Origin: Nonlabens ponticola
GTDB taxonomy: Bacteria > Bacteroidota > Bacteroidia > Flavobacteriales > Flavobacteriaceae
Direction of reading: 5' to 3'
DNA length: 32,000 nt
Assembly: GCF_003966335.1 (NCBI RefSeq)
Contig: NZ_CP034549.1
Coordinates: 1,650,001 to 1,682,000 of the forward strand
Shown here: positions 10,101 through 19,391 of the stretch, in pieces
Layout: every line of letters starts with the position of its first letter
Position numbering within the stretch: the first letter of the stretch is position 1
Notes under the pieces: generated by a model
Seen by the model: only the letters and a program-made list of their open reading frames with translations
Told to the model about the DNA's origin: nothing
Database searches by the model: none
Program-made: the position numbers and the translations under genes

Positions 10101-10124
10101 TAGGATATTAATAAAGTTTACTAA

Positions 10125-13100
10125 TTATCTCTGTACTGAGATTTTGAAACTCTTAGTTGCTTGTGTAGAATTTACATTCAAGATGTAAAGACCATTAGCA
10201 ATTGATGGATTCAAGTTGAATCTCATGCGTTGCGCTGTACCGTTATTACGATACTCTCTATCAAATGTAGCTACTTGCTTACCTGATAGGTCATACAATG
10301 CTGCTGTTACTTTCTCATTCTGTGGCAACTGTAGAGTGATATTTAATTCACCTGTAGTTGGGTTAGGATATGGAGCTACAACAAATGCTTCAACAAAATC
10401 ATCGTTACTCAAAGTAATTATACCATCGTTCAATACAAGGAATACCTCTTCAGTGAAATCTGGTTCACCGTCTAAATTAGGAAGTATTCTAAATACTTGT
10501 GGAGTTCCTGCTGGTATATCATTTACAGTAAAGAAGAAACGCTCGAATTGATCATCGTTAACACTTTCTAGTGTCCCTAGGTCAACGTATGCATCTCTTT
10601 CAGGATTTTGTTGTTGAACTGTGTAGTTGTCAAAACCATAACCTGCAAAAGAAATACGAGCAGTTTGACGAGTAGAATCAGCATTGAATGTAGCTGCTAT
10701 CGCTTCGTCCTGAATCGTTTGGAAGTCAAAGTCAAATCCACCTTCGTACGCCTCAGTAGACACACTTGTAAATGACTCACTGATTGCAAACTGACCAGTT
10801 ACACCAGCTGTTGCCGCTGCGGCAGCTACACCATATCCAGCTTCTGCTTCTGCTTCGGCTTCAGCCTCTACCTCGCCAAATTGACCTCTTTCATTCTCAC
10901 CTTCAGCATCTGTTTGTGCATTTGCTATATCACGGAAAGTAAAACCTTGGTTCTGTCCACCATCAAGTACACCTAGTAAAGCTCTTGGAGCTGCAACGTT
11001 GGCAGGATCAGTGTAGACTACTACTTCTACTTGAGCAAAAGTCGCACCTTCATCTTCAGCCTCTCTTTCATTGCTCTCACCATCTGGACGCGGTACACCA
11101 GCTACTGCTACTGCAACGGATACTTGTCTGTCTTGAGAATCATCTGCTCTTGCAAATGCTCTTACATTACCAGCATCACCTTCCATAGGTAGAGTAATAC
11201 TTGTTGTTACTGTCTCACCAGCCGCCGCTGCTGCCGCTGCTGCGTGCAAGGTAGTTGCGATATCAGTACTTATCTGGATACCTTCATAACCTGCTGCTGC
11301 TGCAGCAACTGATGCTGCAGATGCGTTATAACCGACTTCAGCTTCAGCTTCAGTTTCAGTTTCTACTTCATATTCAAATGCGTCAAAATCAATTCCGAAA
11401 TCTGGATAAGCCTCTTGTGGCTCAGGTAAAATCTCTTTTCTATCAGATTGATTGTTTGCCTCACCATCGTAGACACCAGTACTAGTTGCACTAGTAGCTA
11501 CTGCAGATGCCTCAAATGGTAATGCACCATTTTTAGATTGCGCTGCATTTGAACCTGCTGCTGCTGCTGCTGCATTAAATCCTACTTCAGCTTCTGCTTC
11601 AGACTCAACTTCCGCCTCGTTTTCACTTACTTCTTCAAAAGTTCCTTTAGGGAAAAATCCTTGCTCGTTAGCAACGATCACGTCATCCCAATTACGCTCT
11701 GTCATTGTCAAGAAATCAAAATTTCTCTCACGCTCATTGAACATAGGATCTGCGATTCGTGTAGATTCTGTGGCGATATCACTATTGTCAATATCCTCTA
11801 TAATCAACGTTGCAAATGCGATTGCATCACCAGCACTCACTGCACTAGCCGTTGTACCTTCAGTCGATGGCACACCACCACCAGCTTCTGCTTCGGATTC
11901 TGCCTCAGCCTCGGCGCTTGATGTAGGATTAGCATCAGTTACACTTTGATAACGATCAGACAATTCTTCAAATTGACCATTATCATCTACTTGTACTCCG
12001 TTATTGTCTACTGTTGATGTAGATACAGACGCTACAGATGCAGATGCAGCACTTGATACAGCACCATTTACACCAGCACCACCTACCGCAGCTACACCAG
12101 CTGCTGCTGATCCATTGTCCACTTCAGTTTCAGCTTCTACTTCAGATTCAACTTCGGCTTCAAAGCTATTAGCACCTTTACCATTAAATAGTTGTGGTAT
12201 ATCCGCTAATGAAGAGGCTTCACCAGTTTCGTTGTTGACTGAATTGAATGATCCAGTTGCAGTACCACCACCAGATCCATCGCCAGATCCTTCACCAGAA
12301 CCACTACCTTCACCAGAACCTTCTTCTGGGTTGTCAGCCGTATTTCTTGACGGAGATTCAATTTCTGGTATATTAAAGAAAGATGGTTCTTCCTCAGTAA
12401 CAACAGATGTTGATACAGATGTCGAAGTCTTTACATCAACAGCAGCTGTAGCAAAATCACCGGCTACCATTACAGCTGTACCAGCTGTAGCACCAGCACC
12501 AGCACCACCAGTTTCAGTTTCTACTTCAACTTCGGCCTCAGCCTCAACCTCAGTTTCACTGTCTACACCACTCGCGATTTGTGCTCCTATACGTTGTGCA
12601 TTATCGCCAGTGTAATCAGCTAATCTTTCATAAGTAATCCCACTTCCTGGGAAAATCTCATTAGTAGCATCAGGGCTATTGATAGAATTGTTTGAAGAAC
12701 CGCTGCCTTCGCCTGATCCAGAACCGTCACCGGATCCAGAACCGTCACCGGATCCAGAACCATCGCCTGATCCATTATCTGGATAATCTTCCTCGCCAAA
12801 TTGGCTATTTGCCTCACCTTCTGCTGTTGCAGTTGGAGCTGCTGGGAACAAAATTTGGACTTCGCTTACAGATGCTTGGGTAGATGTGTTTGCATCAACA
12901 CCACTTACAGAGTTGGTTGGAAACAAACCAGTCTGGCCAGTTTCACCAACTAGATATTCTGCAGCCGCAACACCAGCTGCACCAGCTGCTGTACCTGCAA
13001 CAGCAACTGCTGCTCCATTCTCAACTTCAACTTCTACTTCAGATTCAACTTCAGCTTCTGCTTCAGCTAGGAAAAAATCTGCAGTTGTGTTTTTAGCTCT

Positions 13101-13436
13101 CAAGTCTCTACTAGAAGACTTTACTTTTTCTGGAGAATTAATTCCTGTTTCTGGCTCTTCACCAGTGGCAGCACTATCGGCTGGTTCTCTAGTTGCTGCA
13201 CTAACGTTACCAGATAATTTAACTTTAGCTACAGAGTTAGGAAAGTTACTTGCTGCTGCTGCACCTAAGGCAACGGCACCAGCTACTCGTCCAGGTTCGG
13301 CCTCAGCCTCAACTTCAGCTTCTACCTCTACTTCTGGGTCTAAGATCTGCCGCGTTTCCTCTCCACCGCCATCCTGTGCATAAGCACCGGCTGCGCAGAA
13401 TAGGGCTGCTAGGGTTAATACGTAATTTTTTTTCAT
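10125..13436 (-). CDS. Large secreted low-complexity acidic/Ala-rich repeat protein with a T9SS C-terminal sorting domain
   Basis: 1103-aa ORF with a signal peptide (..AGAYAQ). It has eight (E-x)n tracts, each followed by a Gly/Ala-rich block, and two (GSGD/GSGE)n tracts. The last ~80 aa (PNPTTGELNITLQ..LYDLSGKQV..GLYILNV..KISVQR) match the Por/T9SS type A sorting domain pattern. Confidence 0.85.
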   Translation of the reverse strand: MKKNYVLTLAALFCAAGAYAQDGGGEETRQILDPEVEVEAEVEAEAEPGRVAGAVALGAAAASNFPNSVAKVKLSGNVSAATREPADSAATGEEPETGINSPEKVKSSSRDLRAKNTTADFFLAEAEAEVESEVEVEVENGAAVAVAGTAAGAAGVAAAEYLVGETGQTGLFPTNSVSGVDANTSTQASVSEVQILFPAAPTATAEGEANSQFGEEDYPDNGSGDGSGSGDGSGSGDGSGSGEGSGSSNNSINSPDATNEIFPGSGITYERLADYTGDNAQRIGAQIASGVDSETEVEAEAEVEVETETGGAGAGATAGTAVMVAGDFATAAVDVKTSTSVSTSVVTEEEPSFFNIPEIESPSRNTADNPEEGSGEGSGSGEGSGDGSGGGTATGSFNSVNNETGEASSLADIPQLFNGKGANSFEAEVESEVEAETEVDNGSAAAGVAAVGGAGVNGAVSSAASASVASVSTSTVDNNGVQVDDNGQFEELSDRYQSVTDANPTSSAEAEAESEAEAGGGVPSTEGTTASAVSAGDAIAFATLIIEDIDNSDIATESTRIADPMFNERERNFDFLTMTERNWDDVIVANEQGFFPKGTFEEVSENEAEVESEAEAEVGFNAAAAAAGSNAAQSKNGALPFEASAVATSATSTGVYDGEANNQSDRKEILPEPQEAYPDFGIDFDAFEYEVETETEAEAEVGYNASAASVAAAAAGYEGIQISTDIATTLHAAAAAAAAGETVTTSITLPMEGDAGNVRAFARADDSQDRQVSVAVAVAGVPRPDGESNEREAEDEGATFAQVEVVVYTDPANVAAPRALLGVLDGGQNQGFTFRDIANAQTDAEGENERGQFGEVEAEAEAEAEAGYGVAAAAATAGVTGQFAISESFTSVSTEAYEGGFDFDFQTIQDEAIAATFNADSTRQTARISFAGYGFDNYTVQQQNPERDAYVDLGTLESVNDDQFERFFFTVNDIPAGTPQVFRILPNLDGEPDFTEEVFLVLNDGIITLSNDDFVEAFVVAPYPNPTTGELNITLQLPQNEKVTAALYDLSGKQVATFDREYRNNGTAQRMRFNLNPSIANGLYILNVNSTQATKSFKISVQR
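12715..12768. repeat. 18-bp tandem repeat (2 perfect copies plus 1 diverged) encoding GSGDGS units
   Basis: GATCCAGAACCGTCACCG occurs at 12715-12732 and again at 12733-12750, followed by a diverged third copy. Confidence 0.8.
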
Positions 13437-13850
13437 GACATTAATTTTTTATGGATTACATTTTAATACGGTTTAAAATTACCTTTTATGTGTAAGGGGC
13501 GTCTCACAAGAAAGTCGTAAAATTTCTTACAATTGGCTGCATATTCATAAGGTTGTGTTAATGGCTTGTTGAACAATTTTATTGGAAAGTATGTTACTTC
13601 AATATCTTGGGATTGCCTATGATCCGTTAGTCAAATATCTTGTATACAATAAGTTATGAATGATTACGTCCAAGTTCACGTAAATTAAGCCTGTTCTTCT
13701 TCTTGTAAATCGAACCGTTAATCCATGTTTTCGCTAGAGATTATCACTATTTATTATGATTAGTTGTATGAAAAAACTATGGCCGTTTATGTCAAGATAT
13801 AGATGAGTCAATTCTATTACTTATTTATATTATTTGTTGCGTACTATTTT

Positions 13851-13879
13851 GATTATTCCGCTTTCGCGAAAGCGTGATC
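13851..13879. repeat. REP-like palindrome copy
   Basis: GATTATTCCGCTTTCGCGAAAGCGTGATC, in the intergenic region upstream of the YihY-family gene. Confidence 0.7.
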
Positions 13880-13977
13880 TTAAAATATTTTCTACCTATA
13901 ATAAGGACACGTTCTTCAATCGTTAATTTTTATGTAACCATGAAGTGGCTATCCTGCCATTGTTTTTATTTGTAATT

Positions 13978-14928
13978 ATGAAAGTAAGTTTGAAAGGTTT
14001 TAAAACATTCCCGTGGCGGCGATTACCATATTTATTAATAGAGAGTGGCAAGCAATGGAACAAGGATGACGTGTGGCAGTTGAGTGCAAGTATTGCCTAT
14101 TATGCAATATTGTCACTGCCTGGATTACTAGTAATCATCTTAAATGTAGTAGGACTTATCTGGGATCAAGAAATCGCGACTGGTAGATTGGTTACTGATC
14201 TATCAGGGTTGATAGGATGGGACGCAGCCGAAGATATCAATGAGCTGTTACAAACAGCAAATCAAGACGATGGCGTGATCGCTTCTATTATTGGTGTAGC
14301 GACGCTCATTTTTGGGGCAACAGGAATATTTTATCAGTTGCAGGTATCCTTAAATAAAATATGGAGACTTAAGGTTAATCCCAAAACCCCTTGGTGGAAG
14401 TTGCTTACTGATCGTGCCAAAAGCTTTGGTTTTATACTAGTTGTAGGTTTTCTTATAATGATAAGTTTTGTGCTTTCAGCATTTATTGCGGTTCTTCAAG
14501 GTTTAATTGAGGCAAACCTGCCCGATTACCTTATATATGTAGCTTATATCATCAATTTCTTGCTCTCGCTTGTAATCATCGCATTTTTATTTGCTCTTAT
14601 GTTCAGGTACTTACCCGATGCATTAGTGAAATGGAAGATCATATGGCCTGGCGCAATTGTTACGGCCTTATTATTTGAATTAGGCAAATTCTTATTAGAA
14701 ATCTATTTTACCAATTCATCACCTGCTAGTGCATATGGCGCTGCTGGTCTTGTGGTTCTGCTTTTATTATGGGTTTCTTATAGCGCACTCATCCTTTTCT
14801 ACGGTGCTGAATTTGTCAAGATCTATGCTCAAGAATTTTTTGATGGTATTAAACCAAGTAGGAAAGCCATTAAATACAAGGAAGAGATTATTACTGTCAT
14901 AGAACCTGACGATCCTATCATAGAATAG
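13978..14928 (+). CDS. YihY/BrkB family inner membrane protein
   Basis: It has about six hydrophobic helices, and the N-terminal pattern (..SASIAYYAILSLPGLLVI..) is typical of YihY. The ATG at 13978 is preferred over the GTG at 13945. Confidence 0.85.
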   Translation: MKVSLKGFKTFPWRRLPYLLIESGKQWNKDDVWQLSASIAYYAILSLPGLLVIILNVVGLIWDQEIATGRLVTDLSGLIGWDAAEDINELLQTANQDDGVIASIIGVATLIFGATGIFYQLQVSLNKIWRLKVNPKTPWWKLLTDRAKSFGFILVVGFLIMISFVLSAFIAVLQGLIEANLPDYLIYVAYIINFLLSLVIIAFLFALMFRYLPDALVKWKIIWPGAIVTALLFELGKFLLEIYFTNSSPASAYGAAGLVVLLLLWVSYSALILFYGAEFVKIYAQEFFDGIKPSRKAIKYKEEIITVIEPDDPIIE

Positions 14929-14929
14929 G

Positions 14930-15346
14930 CTAGTACAATTCTTCCATCATTAAAAATGGAGCTAGTAATCGTTCCAGCTTTTTACTAGTGCTGATCTCGC
15001 GATTATCTTGTAAGTATTGATTTATAGATTCAAGATCTTGCGTGGTCTTAACTATATTAAATTTTGAGCTGTAATGTAGGAAAACAGGATGAGCGGTAGG
15101 CTTATTATAGACTTCAAATATCTCACCGTGTCGATCGTCTTTTTTGATTTTTTCATAGAGTTCTTTAAGGTGTTTTTCATTCCCTTCAAGCACTTGAAAA
15201 AAGTTACCGATAGAATGTAGTAGAATACCACTGACATCGCACTCATCATTGCGTTCTTTAGAATATTCAAAGATGTTTGTAATATCCTCGTCAGATAGGT
15301 TTTCTGAGGTTTTGCTCAAGTAACAGATTGTATAATACAGCTTCAT
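14930..15346 (-). CDS. Short BLUF-domain blue-light FAD photoreceptor
   Basis: BLUF pattern: YYTICYLS..(S)..DITNI..S..N....VSGILLHS.GNFFQVLEG......LY..I..DDRH. The ATG at 15346 (MKLYY) is preferred over the upstream TTG. Confidence 0.85.
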   Translation of the reverse strand: MKLYYTICYLSKTSENLSDEDITNIFEYSKERNDECDVSGILLHSIGNFFQVLEGNEKHLKELYEKIKKDDRHGEIFEVYNKPTAHPVFLHYSSKFNIVKTTQDLESINQYLQDNREISTSKKLERLLAPFLMMEELY

Positions 15347-15367
15347 TTTTAATGGCGTAGAGTTAAA

Positions 15368-15375
15368 CAAACATA
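15368..15375 (-). promoter_or_regulatory. Candidate -7 box (TATGTTTG) for the BLUF gene
   Basis: The minus strand reads TATGTTTG about 22 nt upstream of the ATG. The direct repeats TTCCTACA(N0/5)GAATA lie just upstream at 15375-15417. Confidence 0.35.
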
Positions 15376-15600
15376 TTCTAATTTGTAGGAATATTTGACG
15401 TGTATATTCTGTAGGAAAAAACAGTAATTTTTTAAATTACTGATCATTAGATTTTTAGGTCTTCATTCTTACGGCTAATTATCATTTTTTTAACGCTATG
15501 CGACTGATTAGCACGATATTGTGAGACTAATGTTGTTCAAACTTTATTTTTGTGGTTTAAACAAAAGCTGCCTGTATCAGCTTTTTAAAAGTTAATAATC

Positions 15601-16383
15601 ATGCCTGAATTACCAGAAGTACAAGGCTATAAAACCTATATCGACAGCACCTCTTTACATCATACAATTGAATCCATGGATTGTAGAGATGATCGATTGC
15701 TTAAAAAGGATATTAGAACGTTCAAGAAACATCTAGTCGGTGTTCAATTAAGTGGTACGAGACGTATAGGTAAGTATTCGTTTGTAGAAACAACCGGTGA
15801 CAAGATACTTGTGATGCACTTTGGTATGACAGGAAAACCTACCTACTATAAGGATGCTGATGCCAGACCCAAATTTGGTCACATCGTATTATCATTTGAA
15901 AACGGTTTTCAGCTTGTTTTTGAGAACAAGAGAAAATTTGGTTGGTGGGATTTGATCGATGATATAGAAGCGTATAAAAAGGAGCACGATTTGAGCGATG
16001 ACGCTCGAGAGTTGAGCCTTGATGACTTCAAAAAATCGTTGTCATCACGCAAGACTGATATAAAAAAGGTTATTATGGATCAAAGTGTAGCCGCCGGAAT
16101 TGGTAACTGGCTTGCTGACGAAGTCTTATATCAAGCAAAAATACATCCTCAACTCAAGGTGGCTGATATGAGCGAAGAGCGCATTGAGCATTTACATAAA
16201 ACCATGCAGGAAGTTATTGAGGTAACTATTGAGCATGATGCGCATTACAGCGATTTTCCTGATCATTATCTCATGCACATTAGAGAAGAAGGCGCTGACT
16301 GCCATCATACCAGCTCTAAAATCAAAAAAATCAAAGTAGGCGGTAGAGCTACCTATTTCTCACCGCAGTGGCAGGAGAAATGA
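15601..16383 (+). CDS. Fpg/Nei-family DNA glycosylase/AP lyase, variant lacking the zinc-finger cysteines
   Basis: It starts MPELPEV (catalytic Pro2/Glu3) and has an H2TH-like middle region. The C-terminus reads GADCHHTSS..VGGRATYFSPQWQ where canonical Fpg has CxxC..CPxC. Confidence 0.85.
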   Translation: MPELPEVQGYKTYIDSTSLHHTIESMDCRDDRLLKKDIRTFKKHLVGVQLSGTRRIGKYSFVETTGDKILVMHFGMTGKPTYYKDADARPKFGHIVLSFENGFQLVFENKRKFGWWDLIDDIEAYKKEHDLSDDARELSLDDFKKSLSSRKTDIKKVIMDQSVAAGIGNWLADEVLYQAKIHPQLKVADMSEERIEHLHKTMQEVIEVTIEHDAHYSDFPDHYLMHIREEGADCHHTSSKIKKIKVGGRATYFSPQWQEK

Positions 16384-16420
16384 TGCCTTGTAATCTTTAT
16401 GTATTGCAAGATGATGATAT

Positions 16421-16446
16421 GATTACGCTTTCGCGAAAGCGGAATC
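16421..16446. repeat. REP-like palindrome copy
   Basis: GATTACGCTTTCGCGAAAGCGGAATC, 3' of the fpg-like gene. Confidence 0.75.
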
Positions 16447-16494
16447 ATTAAAATTCTCTCAACAAACGACAGCGAGCGACGCTATCGCTAATCG

Positions 16495-16524
16495 TGTGAA
16501 GTAATCCTATTTATTTGTGAAGTG
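16495..16524 (+). promoter_or_regulatory. Paired direct repeats, candidate LytTR-regulator binding site upstream of the kinase/regulator operon
   Basis: TGTGAAGTA (16495-16503) and TGTGAAGTG (16516-16524) have a 21-bp start-to-start spacing and lie about 90 nt upstream of the kinase start. The same box pair recurs at 19392-19420. Confidence 0.45.
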
Positions 16525-16612
16525 TTGCGATATTATGGAACTAGATTTTATTTACCGCAAAATAGCTTGATATTGTACACTAGAATTCACTGTTATCTAT
16601 AGTTTTCTTAAA

Positions 16613-18550
16613 GTGATCATTTCAATTAAAGCGATAAGTAAAAACTTACCTACTATTCTTGTTTCTTGCAGCTTGCTACTGTTGGTCTCATGGCAGTCTT
16701 CAATTGATCCTGTAGTCAACCGCAATGATTTTAATAGAGTCATAAATGAAAGAAGAGAGATACAGCGTCAATTTAAAGATAGTGCGGTATATCTATTGCC
16801 ATCAACCTATTTAGAGAGCTTTAAAAATGCCAATAGTTGGGCGCAAGCGGCAGGCACTGAAAGAGAAAAACAACAGGCCTATTTCAATTTACTGTTTTAT
16901 TATTACAACCATCAGGATAGCGATAAAGTCATTGAAATCGCTAATCAATTACTTAGTGAACCGTCGTTCATGGAGGTACCTGAATCTGTCAGCACGCTAG
17001 AAGCCCTCAATTATTCTTACAATCGTATTGGGTTTTACAATAAGCAACTAGAAGTACTTCCGTTATTTATAGAACAGAATAAAAAATTTGGCTATCAGGT
17101 ATTGAGTCGTGATTTTAAGGATTACCATGATCGTGCGATGATTTACTATAAACTCAAACAATATGCTAAAGCTAGAGAGAACTTTGAGCTACAGGCCGCA
17201 GCGTTTCAAGAAAATGGTAAAACCTTTAGATACGCTAGTATGCTCAACAACATTGCTCTTACTTATGAAGGACAAGGAGATTATGATAAAGCGCTTGAGA
17301 CCTACTATCAAGCACTAGAAGCTCTTTCCAGCAGTGGTGCAGATGATTACTTTACTACTGAGTATCAACAGCATTTTACCAATGTGGTTCAATCAAATAT
17401 TGCCAGTATTAGATTGCGGCAAGGTGACATTGAGCAAGCGGGAAAGACTTTCTTGCGTGAGATAAGCTCCAGCAAACAAGTAGGTGAGCCCAGGATCACC
17501 ACACAGGCTTATATCAATATGGGTGAATGGTATTTGCTTAATAGTCAAGCGCGGCTTGCCAGTACTTATATTGATAGCGCTATTGCTTTGGAAAAGGAAT
17601 TCAAGAATCCTGTGGCTAGAGCAAAAGCATTTGCGATGAAAGCCAAAGTGTTACACACAATAAGTGATGCAAAAGACGCCTATAAATATGATCTATTTGC
17701 CCAAGGAATAACCGATTCATTGTCCAGGATAAGCGCTCAGCTGCTTTTAGAAGAAGCGGCACTCAAGTATGACTTTGTCAAAGCTCGTAAAGAAGTCGAT
17801 GAAGCTCGTGCCTTACTCAAAGAAAAAAACAAGCTAGAATGGCTACAGTGGATTATTGTAGGGATTTCAATAATACTGGTAGTCACATTTATTTTTCTGT
17901 ATTTAAAGAGTCGCAAAGCGCGTCGTCTGTCAGAAGCTCAAAGCGAGCTCATGAGTAAAGCTGCTCACGAGAAGGAATTAATGCTGTACGAGATTCACCA
18001 CAGGATTAAGAACAACTTGCAAACGGTTTCTGGAATTCTAGATTTAAAGACAAGTAATGTCGAGGATGCGCATTTTCGCAAGGTGATTGATGAATCCCAA
18101 CAACTTATTCAAACTATGAATCTAGTGCACGACCAGCTATATCAATATGGCGAGGACACTGTCGTAGATATGCAAACTCATTTTGAAAAAATATGTAAAG
18201 GAATAATCGATCAATTTGACGCACAAGTTTCTTTGCATGTAAGTGCCAGAGACGCTGTGGTACACTCTGCAGATGCAACACCATTAGGTTTGATATTATG
18301 TGAGTTAGTAACAAACAGTCTCAAACATGGATTAAAAAATGAAAAGAAAGGGATCATAACCGTACTTCTCAAAAAAGAACACGAGAATTGGTACTTCAAG
18401 TATAAAGATAATGGTAGCGGACTCGAGGCAGTTGAAAGCAATGAAGATGGCAAAGTAGGATTACAATTAATCACTTTGCTGGTTGATGAGTTGGGTGGCA
18501 CATGGGAATCAAGTAACAACAACGGTTTTATTTTTCAGATGAATTTTTAA
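16613..18550 (+). CDS. Sensor histidine kinase with an N-terminal TPR-repeat region, one TM helix, a HisKA_2-type phosphoacceptor and an HATPase domain
   Basis: TPR-like repeats are present (..YYKLKQYAKA.., NNIALTYEGQGDYDKALETYYQAL). The TM helix is WIIVGISIILVVTFIFLYL, the H-box is EIHHRIKNNLQ, and the ATPase motifs are LVTNSLKHG and DNGSG. The start codon is GTG. Confidence 0.85.
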   Translation: MIISIKAISKNLPTILVSCSLLLLVSWQSSIDPVVNRNDFNRVINERREIQRQFKDSAVYLLPSTYLESFKNANSWAQAAGTEREKQQAYFNLLFYYYNHQDSDKVIEIANQLLSEPSFMEVPESVSTLEALNYSYNRIGFYNKQLEVLPLFIEQNKKFGYQVLSRDFKDYHDRAMIYYKLKQYAKARENFELQAAAFQENGKTFRYASMLNNIALTYEGQGDYDKALETYYQALEALSSSGADDYFTTEYQQHFTNVVQSNIASIRLRQGDIEQAGKTFLREISSSKQVGEPRITTQAYINMGEWYLLNSQARLASTYIDSAIALEKEFKNPVARAKAFAMKAKVLHTISDAKDAYKYDLFAQGITDSLSRISAQLLLEEAALKYDFVKARKEVDEARALLKEKNKLEWLQWIIVGISIILVVTFIFLYLKSRKARRLSEAQSELMSKAAHEKELMLYEIHHRIKNNLQTVSGILDLKTSNVEDAHFRKVIDESQQLIQTMNLVHDQLYQYGEDTVVDMQTHFEKICKGIIDQFDAQVSLHVSARDAVVHSADATPLGLILCELVTNSLKHGLKNEKKGIITVLLKKEHENWYFKYKDNGSGLEAVESNEDGKVGLQLITLLVDELGGTWESSNNNGFIFQMNF

Positions 18551-19276
18551 ATGAAAGGACTCTTAAAACAAACAGTGTATGTTGTCGAGGACATGGGCGT
18601 TACACGCGCCAGTTTACTCAATACATTAAGTCGCAATAATTTTCTTGTTATGGGTAGTGCCGCAACTGCAGAGACTGCATGGATGGAACTACAATCATTC
18701 AAGAAATGCCCAAATGTGGTATTGGTCGATATCAATCTTAAGGGTACAAAAAACGGCTTATGGCTGGGAAATAAAATCATGAACCATTTGAAAAGCGCGG
18801 TTGTATTCTTAACCGCTTCTAGCGATAAGAAACACTTGCGTGAAATTACAGAAATGCAAGCAGCTGGATATATCATGAAGCCATTCAATAATCCAACGCT
18901 ACTCACGATGATTGATATGGCGCTGAGGCGTAATGAAGATAAGGTACAAGATGCTGCCGCTGCGACCAATAGTGTTTTTGTAAAAACTAGAAATGGGTTG
19001 CAAAAAATAAATCTTGAAGAGATCATCTACCTGCAATCAGAAGTGAACTATGTCCACATCCATCTATTGAATAATGTTCACACGTCAAGATCAAAACTTA
19101 TTGAAATGAAAGAAGTGTTGAACTTGCCATCGAATTTTATAAGAGTGCATAGGCGGTACATCATCAATAAGAAACAGATCAAGAGCTTGCATTCTCAAAG
19201 TCTCACGATGATCGATGACCTAGAAATTGTATGGTCTAAAAAGTATATTGAGAGCAGTTCTATTTTATACCCTTAA
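18551..19276 (+). CDS. LytTR-family response regulator (receiver + LytTR DNA-binding domain)
   Basis: It has a receiver domain (VLVDINL phospho-Asp context, YIMKP) and a C-terminal LytTR pattern (..IIYLQSEVNYVHIHL......IRVHRRYIINK). It starts immediately after the kinase stop. Confidence 0.9.
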   Translation: MKGLLKQTVYVVEDMGVTRASLLNTLSRNNFLVMGSAATAETAWMELQSFKKCPNVVLVDINLKGTKNGLWLGNKIMNHLKSAVVFLTASSDKKHLREITEMQAAGYIMKPFNNPTLLTMIDMALRRNEDKVQDAAAATNSVFVKTRNGLQKINLEEIIYLQSEVNYVHIHLLNNVHTSRSKLIEMKEVLNLPSNFIRVHRRYIINKKQIKSLHSQSLTMIDDLEIVWSKKYIESSSILYP

Positions 19277-19391
19277 AACCACAAGGTATTCGCGTCAAGA
19301 AGATCATATTTTCAAGGAGATTCTATCTTATTTCTCTTGTTCAAATAGTAAATGGCAACTAATAATCGGTGAACTGAGAGCCTAAACGTAT

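Noticed and set aside
10800-13350. Periodic DNA repeats that could superficially suggest a CRISPR or satellite array
   Set aside because: There is no repeat-spacer architecture with constant-length unique spacers. The periodicity is codon-based (hexamer and 18-mer) and lies within one continuous ORF.
10216-13438. Many plus-strand ORFs (62-203 aa) antisense to the large T9SS protein gene, and two short minus-strand out-of-frame ORFs (12206-12403, 12620-12817)
   Set aside because: Their products are monotonous (poly-L/Q/H or S/T/A/P-rich) and simply mirror the periodic GCTTCN / GGATCC-type coding repeats of the minus-strand gene. Only the 1103-aa frame has a signal peptide and a T9SS C-terminal domain.
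15563-15585. Terminator-like hairpin AAAAGCTG-cctgtat-CAGCTTTT 15 nt upstream of the fpg-like ATG
   Set aside because: No upstream co-directional gene exists for it to terminate, since it lies between divergent genes. It may be a 5'-UTR structure or chance, which is not enough for a feature call.
18114-19026. Minus-strand ORFs (66, 103 and 159 aa) overlapping the kinase and regulator genes
   Set aside because: They are antisense to two genes with clear domain motifs, and their products are hydrophobic or low complexity with no recognisable features.
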